A stretch of DNA of 47,508 bases from a virus: positions 1-47,508 of the IMG/VR virus record IMGVR_UViG_3300028048_000198. One strand, given 5' to 3'. The notes beneath the pieces were generated by a model. That model was given only the letters and a program-made list of their open reading frames with translations. It made no database searches and was not told the DNA's origin. Positions within the stretch are counted from its first letter, which is position 1. Each line of letters starts with the position of its first letter. The position numbers and the translations under genes were made by a program. Below are positions 32,763 through 41,464 of the stretch, one piece after another.

Positions 32763-33047
32763 ATGCAATATTACAGAGGTGTAGAAGATTATCAAGGTGG
32801 AACTTGGGGAATGTATGTTCAATCAATGAAAGGTTGGAGAGAAACTGCTATGTCCTGGTGTGATAGTGATGAAAATTGGGGATTATATAATGCTTTAAAA
32901 AATTACAAAATTAAAAATAAGGATTTAATTCCTTTAATTGAGGATTATTGGAGTATTAAATTAGTACCAACAAATAAGGAATTGTATTTAAAATATAAAG
33001 ATAAATACTATGTAGAAGATTATGAAAATGATTATTGGGAATATTAG
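32763..33047 (+). CDS. Hypothetical Trp/Tyr-rich early protein (94 aa)
   Basis: SD taggaggag. Confidence 0.65.
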   Translation: MQYYRGVEDYQGGTWGMYVQSMKGWRETAMSWCDSDENWGLYNALKNYKIKNKDLIPLIEDYWSIKLVPTNKELYLKYKDKYYVEDYENDYWEY

Positions 33048-33063
33048 GAGGAGTGTAAATAGT

Positions 33064-33300
33064 ATGATAATTAATGTATATGTAGAAAATGAAAAGAAAT
33101 TTGATTTAAAAGTTAGAAAGAATTGTAAAAGTATAATTAAAGAGATACAAAAGAAAATACAAGAATTATATAATTGTAATGTTTCTAGGACAATGATAAC
33201 TGGAAATATAGATTTTGCAACTGGTGAGAGAAATATGGAATATATTTTATTTGGTGAAAATTTACCTTTTAGAAAATATAAGTATGAGATAGGAGAGTAG
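33064..33300 (+). CDS. Hypothetical early protein (78 aa)
   Basis: ATG at 33064 follows the SD taggaggag; the track start at 33022 would overlap the upstream gene. Confidence 0.6.
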   Translation: MIINVYVENEKKFDLKVRKNCKSIIKEIQKKIQELYNCNVSRTMITGNIDFATGERNMEYILFGENLPFRKYKYEIGE

Positions 33301-33303
33301 ACT

Positions 33304-33522
33304 ATGGAATTAGATTTAAGAGATTATGTTTGCAACTATATAGAAAACAGAATTGATAGTATAAATGATTATGTATATTCAAATAATGATGATTTAAGAG
33401 AATTAAACTACTTAGAAAGTATATCAGATGCACAAATAGATAAAATAACAGAAAAAATTGAGAATGATGATGAACTAAAAAATAAAATTAATGAATTGAT
33501 AGATTATTATTTATATCATTAA
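33304..33522 (+). CDS. Highly acidic early protein (72 aa)
   Basis: About 19 D/E against 7 K/R; SD aggagag. Confidence 0.65.
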   Translation: MELDLRDYVCNYIENRIDSINDYVYSNNDDLRELNYLESISDAQIDKITEKIENDDELKNKINELIDYYLYH

Positions 33523-33541
33523 TAGAAAAGGAGAGTTAGTT

Positions 33542-33886
33542 ATGAAAGATATATTAGAAACTATAAAAAATAGTGTAAATGAGTATTATGTGCGTGAGTT
33601 TGGAGAAGATAGTGAAATAAACAATGAAACTTTTTATGAAAATATAAAAAATTTAGGTATAGCATATTCAACTTATGATATTACTGATGATGAGGTATGT
33701 GAAGTGCAAGTTAGTGCAAATATACCAGATAAAAGTATTTTAACTTATATAAATGGAGAGTTAATTGAAACTTATGTATATGATAATTATGAAGATTATA
33801 AGGAGTATTTTGAACATTTAGATTTTGATGAGCAAATAGGTGCTGCAATAGATGTTTTTAATAAATTAAAGGAGCGTGAAAACTAA
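33542..33886 (+). CDS. Highly acidic early protein (114 aa)
   Basis: D/E-rich throughout; SD aaaggagag. Confidence 0.65.
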   Translation: MKDILETIKNSVNEYYVREFGEDSEINNETFYENIKNLGIAYSTYDITDDEVCEVQVSANIPDKSILTYINGELIETYVYDNYEDYKEYFEHLDFDEQIGAAIDVFNKLKEREN

Positions 33887-34140
33887 TGAATAATTTAATT
33901 TATAATGATGATGAAATAATTGGAAGAATTGACGACCTAGAAAAATACATGAGAGAAGAACTTAAAAGACAACTAGATGAGTGGGATATTGAACCTAATG
34001 AAATTATTGATAATACAAAAAATTTAATGGGGATAATTCAAGAAATAAGAGATAATGAACAAGATAACTATGATGAGCTTATTAGAATATTTAAAAATAC
34101 TATGGGTGGTTATAATTATAGAATTTTAAAAGAGGTGTAA
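33886..34140 (+). CDS. Acidic early protein (84 aa)
   Basis: About 21 D/E against 11 K/R; TAATG coupling. Confidence 0.65.
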   Translation: MNNLIYNDDEIIGRIDDLEKYMREELKRQLDEWDIEPNEIIDNTKNLMGIIQEIRDNEQDNYDELIRIFKNTMGGYNYRILKEV

Positions 34141-34142
34141 AT

Positions 34143-34343
34143 ATGAACAAGTATAAAGTAGGTGTGTCTAGAAATTATTATCATGAATTTGAAATTATAG
34201 CAGAGAATGAACAAGAAGCAGAAGATAAAGCAGATGAATTGTTTGATAATTTATATTTATATGGTGTTGAGTTATATGATGACCATAATGGAAATATTGA
34301 ACTTATTGAAGAAAACGTAAAAGTTGAAGATGAAGAGGTGTAA
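34143..34343 (+). CDS. Highly acidic early protein (66 aa)
   Basis: About 20 D/E against 5 K/R; SD agaggtg. Confidence 0.65.
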   Translation: MNKYKVGVSRNYYHEFEIIAENEQEAEDKADELFDNLYLYGVELYDDHNGNIELIEENVKVEDEEV

Positions 34344-34348
34344 ATAAT

Positions 34349-34525
34349 ATGGAGAGTTATGAAGTAAAAAGATTATTATTTGATATATTTGAAAATGCAA
34401 GAACACTATTTAATGATTATTATAATGGATTTATACATAATTATACTGAGGAAGATAAGAAAATTATAGGAGCATTAATATCTGTTATAGAAAATGATAT
34501 AGACAATATCAAAGATATTTTATAG
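34349..34525 (+). CDS. Hypothetical early protein (58 aa, below track cutoff)
   Basis: ATG at 34349 after the SD agaggtg; fills the gap between annotated ORFs. Confidence 0.5.
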   Translation: MESYEVKRLLFDIFENARTLFNDYYNGFIHNYTEEDKKIIGALISVIENDIDNIKDIL

Positions 34526-34543
34526 ACATAAAAGAGGGAAAAT

Positions 34544-34738
34544 ATGGGTAAAATTTATATGAATAAAGTTAATATTAAAAACTTAATTGAAAAGGTTAAT
34601 ATTTCAAGTTATGAAAGTCTAATAAGATATTGCAAAAACTTAAAACAAACATTTCCAAAGGTTGATAAGTTTATATATCAAGATGACCTAAACTACTTTG
34701 AAATACCTAGAGAATTATTAGATGAAAAGGAGCGATAA
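34544..34738 (+). CDS. Hypothetical protein (64 aa)
   Basis: SD agaggga. Confidence 0.55.
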   Translation: MGKIYMNKVNIKNLIEKVNISSYESLIRYCKNLKQTFPKVDKFIYQDDLNYFEIPRELLDEKER

Positions 34739-34739
34739 T

Positions 34740-34982
34740 ATGAAAGAAATAAATAACATAAAATTATTAAAAGTGTTTCAAGTTAATGAAACTAAATATA
34801 AAAACTATTTGGTATATGTATTTGAAGATGAGGATAATTATGAGTTATATATAACTAATAAAAAGTATAGTATAATGCTTTATGTGATAGGTGTACCTAA
34901 GAAACAACAATCATTAGAAGAATTATTAACTATCAAGTTATATGATGATATAAGGTACTATCAAGAGGAATATGAATTTTGA
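34740..34982 (+). CDS. Hypothetical protein (80 aa)
   Basis: ATG at 34740 after the SD aaaggag; the track start at 34722 overlaps the upstream gene. Confidence 0.55.
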   Translation: MKEINNIKLLKVFQVNETKYKNYLVYVFEDEDNYELYITNKKYSIMLYVIGVPKKQQSLEELLTIKLYDDIRYYQEEYEF

Positions 34983-34994
34983 GGGAGTGATATT

Positions 34995-35195
34995 ATGTTA
35001 GTAGTTTACGAATTATATATGAATGAAAACAATGAAGAAGATGAACTAAATTTATTTGATTGTGATAGTCTAAAAGAAGCAAAGTATTTCTTTGAATTCA
35101 AATTAGGAGTTAAAACAAGTTTGAAAAATTTAAGTAAACAAACAAAAACAAAAGGAACAATAAATAAAAAATATAAAATATACAAAATTAAGTAA
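34995..35195 (+). CDS. Hypothetical protein (66 aa)
   Basis: SD gagggag. Confidence 0.55.
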   Translation: MLVVYELYMNENNEEDELNLFDCDSLKEAKYFFEFKLGVKTSLKNLSKQTKTKGTINKKYKIYKIK

Positions 35196-35233
35196 AAGTT
35201 TTGAACTTTTTAAGAAAGTAGGTGTTATAATTT

Positions 35234-35470
35234 ATGCATGAGCTAGATAATATAATTGTAAATAATAAACTAATTGGAAGAGTTAGATATGTAAAAGATT
35301 GTAAAATGTTAAAAGCAATATTGTTTGATAAAGGTTTTGACTTAACATTACAAGAATGTGAAAAATTATGGTACGATGTTAGTGAAGCAGCTAGTGCGTC
35401 TTGGTTGAATGTATCAGAAGATAATGTAAATGAATTTTTATTTAATACATATTGGGATGAGGAGGATTAA
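35234..35470 (+). CDS. Hypothetical protein (78 aa)
   Basis: SD aggtg. Confidence 0.55.
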   Translation: MHELDNIIVNNKLIGRVRYVKDCKMLKAILFDKGFDLTLQECEKLWYDVSEAASASWLNVSEDNVNEFLFNTYWDEED

Positions 35471-35471
35471 T

Positions 35472-36857
35472 ATGTTAAAGGGTGTACAATTAAGAGATTA
35501 TCAAGAGCAAATACTAAAAGAACTTGGTAGTGTGCCTAGTATTGGTTTATTTATGAAAACTGGTAGTGGGAAAACACTTACAAGTCTAGAAAGATTTACT
35601 AGAAATCCTACAAGTAATCTTTTAGTTATATGCCCTCAAAAAATAGTTACACAATGGTTTGATGAAGTTGAGAAACATACTGATTTGCAAGTTTGTAAAT
35701 ATAATATGTCTTGGAGTTCTACAAAGAAAAATGAAGTTATTTCAAATGTATTTGAGCAACAATATTGTGAAGATGATATGTTAAAAAATAATTGTATAGT
35801 TGTTAATTTCGATATTATAACTAAAATGACATGGACTAATTTAATTGATAGTGACTGGACTATAATTGTTGATGAAAGTCATAAGATTAAAAATATGGGT
35901 ACATCTAGAAGTCCTGTTAAGGTTACTCAAAAGATTTTAGAACTAGGAGAACAAACACCTTACAAAATTATACTTACAGCAACTCCTACTGAAAAAGAAT
36001 ATGGTGGTTATATTGATTTATATAGTCAACTAACATTTCTAGGATACTTAGATATGAGCTATACACTATTCCAAAATAGATATTGCAGAATTGAAAAATT
36101 ACAAGTTCCTGGTATGCCATTTCCAATTAAGAAAATAATAGGCTATAGAATGAACTTAATTGATGAAGAAATTAAACCATTAATAAAACTATGTTGTAGG
36201 TATTATGCTCCAAAATATGGAGATTATGATCCTCAATTACTAAAAATAACAATTCCTAAGGCTAAGAACTATGCTAAAATGTTAGAAGATAGAACTTATC
36301 AAGAAATAACTTTTGACAATGTCAGTGCTTTTAGAATTGGTAAAAAGACACTAATTAGTGGTTGTGTTACTGGTACTGATGAGTATGGTAACAAATATAA
36401 ATATGGAGATAACACAAATAAAAAAGATTGGCTAGAAGAATTCTTGTCAAATACAGATGATATTGTTAGTGTTCTTTATAATTACAATGTTGAAAAAGAT
36501 ATAATCATTGATGTGTGTGAAAAACTTGGTAAAAGTTATATAGTAATCAATGGAGAGATTAAAGATAAACCTGCTGAACTTAAAAAAGAATTTGATGTAT
36601 TAATAGGTCAATATGAAGCTTTTGGAGAGAGCTTAGATGGTCTACAATACAAATGTCATTTAATGGTGTTCTATTCAATGCCAGACAGTTCTAGAGCATA
36701 TAGACAATCACTTGGTAGAATAGATAGAATAGGTCAAACTGAGATGCCTATTTATTATCACTTAGTTATGGAAAGAACTATTGATGAGAAGATTTATGAG
36801 ATGGTTTTAAATAAAGTTGAGTTTAGTGAAAAAGACTTAAACGAATTAACAATATAA
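35472..36857 (+). CDS. SNF2/DEAD-like superfamily-2 helicase
   Basis: Motif I is MKTGSGKTLT, motif II is IIVDESHKIKN and motif VI is QSLGRIDRIGQ. ATG at 35472 follows the SD gaggagga (the track start at 35430 is upstream and overlapping). Confidence 0.85.
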   Translation: MLKGVQLRDYQEQILKELGSVPSIGLFMKTGSGKTLTSLERFTRNPTSNLLVICPQKIVTQWFDEVEKHTDLQVCKYNMSWSSTKKNEVISNVFEQQYCEDDMLKNNCIVVNFDIITKMTWTNLIDSDWTIIVDESHKIKNMGTSRSPVKVTQKILELGEQTPYKIILTATPTEKEYGGYIDLYSQLTFLGYLDMSYTLFQNRYCRIEKLQVPGMPFPIKKIIGYRMNLIDEEIKPLIKLCCRYYAPKYGDYDPQLLKITIPKAKNYAKMLEDRTYQEITFDNVSAFRIGKKTLISGCVTGTDEYGNKYKYGDNTNKKDWLEEFLSNTDDIVSVLYNYNVEKDIIIDVCEKLGKSYIVINGEIKDKPAELKKEFDVLIGQYEAFGESLDGLQYKCHLMVFYSMPDSSRAYRQSLGRIDRIGQTEMPIYYHLVMERTIDEKIYEMVLNKVEFSEKDLNELTI

Positions 36858-36873
36858 AGGAGATGATGAGTTG

Positions 36874-37062
36874 ATGAAAGTATATGAGGTTGTAACTGAG
36901 GAATTTGGTGAAACTAAGAAATATAATGTACTAAGTAAAAGTATAGAATATGCTATTGACACTTTAAAATGTAATTTCGATTATTTTTGTGTTGATGATG
37001 TTAAATCAATTGATTTAATATGTGATGATGTTTACATACCAATAGAAAAGGATGTGAAATAA
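36874..37062 (+). CDS. Hypothetical protein (62 aa)
   Basis: SD aaggag; ATG at 36874. Confidence 0.55.
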   Translation: MKVYEVVTEEFGETKKYNVLSKSIEYAIDTLKCNFDYFCVDDVKSIDLICDDVYIPIEKDVK

Positions 37063-37560
37063 ATGACAGAAGAAATAAAAGAAATATTACATTTATTAAA
37101 AAGATGTGATAATACCTATTTAAAAATAGAAAATAGTAATGGTGAAAAAGAATATGAATATCATCAAGTTAATGACTTAAGATTAGATGGATACCATTCA
37201 CAATTATTATTAGATTATATAACAAACCTACAACAAGAAAATGAATTTTTAAAATTAAACAATCCAGAAATGAATATAGAACATTTTAGAATAATCAAAG
37301 AGAACAAAAGAAAAATTGATAATTTAAGGAAACAAAATAAAGAATTAAATAGAATGTGTGAATTGTATAGCAAATCATTATATAATGCTGAACTAACAGA
37401 TTACAAATCAAGATGTGAGAAAGCAATAGAATATATTGAAAATAATAAAAAAGAAACAAGTTCACATTTTAATGGTAAAGAATATGTATATAGAAATTTC
37501 ACATTATATTGTGAACCAAATGATTTATTAAATATATTAAATGGAAGTGATGAAAAGTGA
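37063..37560 (+). CDS. Hypothetical coiled-coil protein (165 aa)
   Basis: Start 1 nt after the upstream stop. Confidence 0.6.
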   Translation: MTEEIKEILHLLKRCDNTYLKIENSNGEKEYEYHQVNDLRLDGYHSQLLLDYITNLQQENEFLKLNNPEMNIEHFRIIKENKRKIDNLRKQNKELNRMCELYSKSLYNAELTDYKSRCEKAIEYIENNKKETSSHFNGKEYVYRNFTLYCEPNDLLNILNGSDEK

Positions 37561-37805
37561 TGGGAATACAAGAAGCATTAAATAAAGCAGTAGAAGATAA
37601 TCGAAAGTTAGAACAAGAAAATGAAAGATTAAATAATATTATAAATGAGTTAGAAAAAGGAATATTTAAAATAAGACAATCAACATTCATTAAATATAAT
37701 TCTAATGAATGGAATAATTGTTTATCATACAATGATGATATTGCTCCATTATTAAAAATAATACATAAATCTAGAGAATTAAAGGAGAGTGGTAATAATG
37801 AATAG
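37560..37805 (+). CDS. Hypothetical coiled-coil protein (81 aa), NIINELEK motif
   Basis: TGATG coupling; ERLNNIINELEKGIF. Confidence 0.55.
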   Translation: MGIQEALNKAVEDNRKLEQENERLNNIINELEKGIFKIRQSTFIKYNSNEWNNCLSYNDDIAPLLKIIHKSRELKESGNNE

Positions 37806-38082
37806 AAAAGTAAGAGCGATAATAGTAGATGGTACAGAAATAATGACAAGTTTAACAGCAGTTGAAATAGCAAATAGATTAAGAACATATGATGATTTAA
37901 AAGACGAGGTTAATAGAAAAGATAATATTATAAATGAGTTAGAAAAATGGTTAAAAATGATACCTAAATATTTTATGGATGAAAGAAGTTTAAATAATGG
38001 TGTTTATATAGAACAAGGTATGCAAAAACAAATTGATTTAACTTTAGATAAACTAAAAGAATTAAAGGAGAATGTAAAATGA
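37798..38082 (+). CDS. Hypothetical coiled-coil protein (94 aa), NIINELEK motif (paralogous segment)
   Basis: ATG at 37798 after aaggagag; RKDNIINELEKWLK. Confidence 0.55.
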   Translation: MNRKVRAIIVDGTEIMTSLTAVEIANRLRTYDDLKDEVNRKDNIINELEKWLKMIPKYFMDERSLNNGVYIEQGMQKQIDLTLDKLKELKENVK

Positions 38083-38354
38083 TAGCATTATTAACAATAG
38101 TAATAGCAATATTTATAGTAATTGAAGTTGGTGCAATAATGATAGTTTGTTATGATGAGGGCTGTACTGATTTTAAGGATGCTGATATACTTTTAAAATT
38201 ATCAAGAATATTATTATGGGGTGAATTAGGTTTATTTCTTATACTATTATTACTTTCGTTATCTTATTTGATTTCGTCTGCAATAGTATGTAGTTCAACA
38301 AATGGCGATTATAAAGGTTGTACTGAATTAAAGGAGATTGTTAATAATGAATGA
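38079..38354 (+). CDS. Small membrane protein (91 aa, 2-3 TM helices)
   Basis: MIALLTIVIAIFIVIEVGAIMIV...LWGELGLFLILLLLSLSYLISSAIV. Confidence 0.6.
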   Translation: MIALLTIVIAIFIVIEVGAIMIVCYDEGCTDFKDADILLKLSRILLWGELGLFLILLLLSLSYLISSAIVCSSTNGDYKGCTELKEIVNNE

Positions 38355-38529
38355 TGAAAAGAATTATTTCTTATTAATATTTCCAATACTTATAATACTT
38401 ATAATTATAATATCTTTTATAACAACACAAATGATTGAAGCAGAAAAAGAAAAATGTAGAACAACAACAGACTTAAGATATTATGGAGAACATCGTTGTA
38501 TTAAGTACTTAGAAAGTAAAGGAGAATAG
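38347..38529 (+). CDS. Small membrane protein (60 aa, 1 TM helix)
   Basis: YFLLIFPILIILIIIISFITT; ATG at 38347 after aaggaga. Confidence 0.55.
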   Translation: MNDEKNYFLLIFPILIILIIIISFITTQMIEAEKEKCRTTTDLRYYGEHRCIKYLESKGE

Positions 38530-38532
38530 AAT

Positions 38533-38928
38533 ATGAAAATAATAGATTTGTTAAATAAAATAGCAAATGGTGAAGAAGTACCTAAAAAGATAAAATATGA
38601 TACAAAAGAAATGAAATATGATTATAATAAACAGGATTATTTAGGTTATTATTCAAATGGTAATGGAGAGTGGTTATTTCAATATTTATTTGATAAATGT
38701 AGAAATACTGAACACTTTATAAATGATGAAGTAGAAATTTTAGAAGAAGAAAAGAAAATACCTGAAAAATTAGAAACATATAAAGAAAATAATGAGATAT
38801 TTTTAGAAAATTTTTGTTACAAATATATGCCAATTCATAAAGATAGTTTAAGTTTTAATGAACAAGTTATAGTAGATAAATTAAACGAAGTTTTAGATTA
38901 TCTAAAAAGCAAAGGAAAACAAATATGA
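38533..38928 (+). CDS. Hypothetical protein (131 aa)
   Basis: SD aaaggaga. Confidence 0.6.
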   Translation: MKIIDLLNKIANGEEVPKKIKYDTKEMKYDYNKQDYLGYYSNGNGEWLFQYLFDKCRNTEHFINDEVEILEEEKKIPEKLETYKENNEIFLENFCYKYMPIHKDSLSFNEQVIVDKLNEVLDYLKSKGKQI

Positions 38929-39080
38929 AAATAAGGTATTCAGTTAGTAAAAATAAAGAAGGAATATGGGTTGTTTGGAAAGAAGTAGAAAGTAAAAATG
39001 CTATTTCTATAAGAGGTGTATATTCTAGTCCATCAAAGAGAGATTGTTATAAATATAAAAAGAAAGTAGGTGCTTATTAA
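38925..39080 (+). CDS. Hypothetical basic protein (51 aa, below track cutoff)
   Basis: ATGA overlap upstream and TAATG overlap downstream. Confidence 0.45.
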   Translation: MKIRYSVSKNKEGIWVVWKEVESKNAISIRGVYSSPSKRDCYKYKKKVGAY

Positions 39081-39280
39081 TGTTGAAAGTGAAAATGAAA
39101 GATAAACATGATCGTGTAATAACTAGAATTAAAGGAACACATACAAATCTTTTAGAAAGTATAATTTTGCTAGATATATCTTTAAATAACTTGAAAGATG
39201 AATATAACTTATCTGATGAACAGATAGGTAGTTATCTAGCATTATATAGAAAACATCTAAAAGAGAAAGAGGTGGTATAG
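39080..39280 (+). CDS. Hypothetical protein (66 aa)
   Basis: Coupled start. Confidence 0.55.
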   Translation: MLKVKMKDKHDRVITRIKGTHTNLLESIILLDISLNNLKDEYNLSDEQIGSYLALYRKHLKEKEVV

Positions 39281-39281
39281 T

Positions 39282-39443
39282 GTGATTGAAACAGAGGATT
39301 TACCAAGCTATTATCCTGGTTATGATGAATACTGTGAACCTAAGGAAGAAATAGATTGGGAAAATGATCCTAGAATTGAAGAAAGCATTGATGAAGCTAT
39401 AATGAAAAGATTAGAGGAGGATGATAAAAATGGCTTACGTTAA
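39282..39443 (+). CDS. Hypothetical acidic protein (53 aa, GTG start, below track cutoff)
   Basis: Open frame filling the 39281-39429 gap; the start codon is uncertain. Confidence 0.35.
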   Translation: MIETEDLPSYYPGYDEYCEPKEEIDWENDPRIEESIDEAIMKRLEEDDKNGLR

Positions 39444-39675
39444 AAGAGGTAAATACACAGTAATTGATGATGATGTTATAAAAAGTGAAATGCTAGATGC
39501 ATTAATAGAGAAAGGTATTGCTGATAACAAGGCTAGACAATTAGTATTTTATCCAGTACCTATGAGTTTAATTAGATGGGCTAGATGGTTAAATCCTAGT
39601 GAAATTAAGTTATTCCTAGAACCATTTAAAGAAGAAAACGCAACAGATGAAGAAACGGAAGATTTTGGATTTTAA
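39430..39675 (+). CDS. Hypothetical protein (81 aa) with an SSB-tip-like acidic C-terminus ...ETEDFGF
   Basis: ATG at 39430 lies 9 nt after gaggagga. The C-terminal tail nearly matches that of 41465..42025. Confidence 0.55.
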   Translation: MAYVKRGKYTVIDDDVIKSEMLDALIEKGIADNKARQLVFYPVPMSLIRWARWLNPSEIKLFLEPFKEENATDEETEDFGF

Positions 39676-39691
39676 GAAGGAGAGATAGAAA

Positions 39692-40750
39692 ATGGCAAAC
39701 GTAAAGAAAACATGGAAAGAAGTATTTTTAGAAAATTATAGTGGTAAATCTGAAATAGCAAAAGAGGTTGAACCATTTATAAAAGAAAATTATAAAGGAA
39801 ATTCATACATTCCTTGGGCAACAATGGAAAGACTTACATATATGTGTGATGAGGATGCAGTATTTGAAAACATCAAAAATGAACAAGGTGGTTTAGTTCA
39901 TACTGATAAAGTAGAAATGCATCAACAAAATATACAAAAAGGAGAAGTTGTTTCTGAAACAACATCACAAATGTTCTCACACATGGTTAAGGTTAAACTT
40001 ATTTTTATGGGTAAAGAATTTATTGAAGAATTCCCTATACAAGATCAAGATTATACAGCAGCCAGAGTTTATAACCAAAACTTAGTAAATAAAGCTTTAC
40101 AAAGAGCTAAAGCTAAAGTTGCTGCTAGAGCTACAGGTATTGGTTTAAAACTTTATGAAGGTAAAGATTTACAATTTGATGAAGTTCCACAAGAAACTAA
40201 ACCTGAGATACCTGTTGTAGAAAATGCACAAAAAACTGAAAAAACTGTGCAAAAAGATGTTGAAAAACCAAAAAATGCACAAAAAACTGAAAAAACTGTG
40301 CAAAAACCAGTAGAAACTGACAATAAAATTGAAAAAACTGTGCAAAAAACTACAATTAAAAGTGATAAATTAGGTATTCCAGAAACTGAGGTAGATGTAA
40401 TTCCTGCTCAACCAGTTGTAGAAACTAAAGAAGAAACTACATTAAAAGTTACAAGTTTAGATGGTAAAGCTAATATACAAGTTCCTGTAAAAGCAATCAT
40501 AACACCAGAAACACAATCTGCAACACAAAATGATGCAGTTTCAGAAGCAATAGACTTGATTAAAAATACAGAAGTTGATAAAATGAATTTAGCATTGCAA
40601 AGAGTAAATGTTGCTTTAATGAAAAAACATAGAGTTGCTTTATCAACAGAAGCTAGTGAAGAAGAATTGAGAAGTATATTAGAAAATAAGCAAATATTTA
40701 CTAATCCAGACCAATTCTTAAAAACATTAAAGACATTACTTGGAATGTAA
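39692..40750 (+). CDS. sak: Sak / Rad52-like single-strand annealing protein (DUF1071 type) with a repetitive linker
   Basis: GNSYIPWATMERLTYM and NKALQRAKAKVAARATGIGLKLYEGKD match the Sak pattern (LtYLaWs... / qRc.vKa.A.hGLGLyiY.GE). Confidence 0.75.
   Translation: MANVKKTWKEVFLENYSGKSEIAKEVEPFIKENYKGNSYIPWATMERLTYMCDEDAVFENIKNEQGGLVHTDKVEMHQQNIQKGEVVSETTSQMFSHMVKVKLIFMGKEFIEEFPIQDQDYTAARVYNQNLVNKALQRAKAKVAARATGIGLKLYEGKDLQFDEVPQETKPEIPVVENAQKTEKTVQKDVEKPKNAQKTEKTVQKPVETDNKIEKTVQKTTIKSDKLGIPETEVDVIPAQPVVETKEETTLKVTSLDGKANIQVPVKAIITPETQSATQNDAVSEAIDLIKNTEVDKMNLALQRVNVALMKKHRVALSTEASEEELRSILENKQIFTNPDQFLKTLKTLLGM
40223..40350 (+). repeat. In-frame 51-nt tandem repeat (2.5 copies) inside the annealase gene
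   Basis: aatgcacaaaaaactgaaaaaactgtgcaaaaa occurs at 40223 and 40274, with a partial copy at 40328. It encodes NAQKTEKTVQK. Confidence 0.85.
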
Positions 40751-40763
40751 TAGAAAGGATGAG

Positions 40764-41462
40764 ATGATGGAACATTATAAGAAATTTTATGAAGTTGGTG
40801 TTAATAGATATTACACTATTAATGTTGATGATGAAATGTACATAGGTACTGAGAGTTTCTTAAATTTAGGTAAAAAGAAGTTATTTAGAAAACAAAAAGA
40901 ACTAAATATGGGATTTAAACTTTTGAAGTTTTCTGCTCCTATAGCACAGTTATTTAATGCTATGGATAACTTAAAACCTACTAAGAAACAAAAGTATAAT
41001 CACGAAGATATGATAACTTATGAGCACATAGATAATAGAAAGTTAAAAGAAGATATAAAACAAGCATATTTCAAAGTTATTAATGATGAAATGGCTAATG
41101 TATTAAAACAACAAGCTGATTTATTAAATGAAGGTAAAGATGAACTTGCTGCTCAATGTGAAGCCTATATTGAGAAACTAAAGGAAGTTGATCCATTAAA
41201 TGGAATTGTTCTAGGAGCTCCTACACATACAGGTTGTATGATACTTAGAACTATGTTAAGAGAAGGTCTAGAACATTTATACACAGAACCAGTAAATGCA
41301 TTTGCTAAAAATGTTTATTTATATGATCAAGATTGTTTTGGAACATTAACAATCTATAGATTAATTACTGTTAAAGGTGTAGTTAAGACTATTGATACAT
41401 TTATTTATGATAGAGAAGTAATTGGAAGTTTATTAAAAACTTTATATGAGGAAGGAAGATAA
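40764..41462 (+). CDS. Hypothetical replication/recombination-module protein (232 aa)
   Basis: ATG at 40764 after aaagga; no motif recognised. Confidence 0.6.
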   Translation: MMEHYKKFYEVGVNRYYTINVDDEMYIGTESFLNLGKKKLFRKQKELNMGFKLLKFSAPIAQLFNAMDNLKPTKKQKYNHEDMITYEHIDNRKLKEDIKQAYFKVINDEMANVLKQQADLLNEGKDELAAQCEAYIEKLKEVDPLNGIVLGAPTHTGCMILRTMLREGLEHLYTEPVNAFAKNVYLYDQDCFGTLTIYRLITVKGVVKTIDTFIYDREVIGSLLKTLYEEGR

Positions 41463-41464
41463 TT

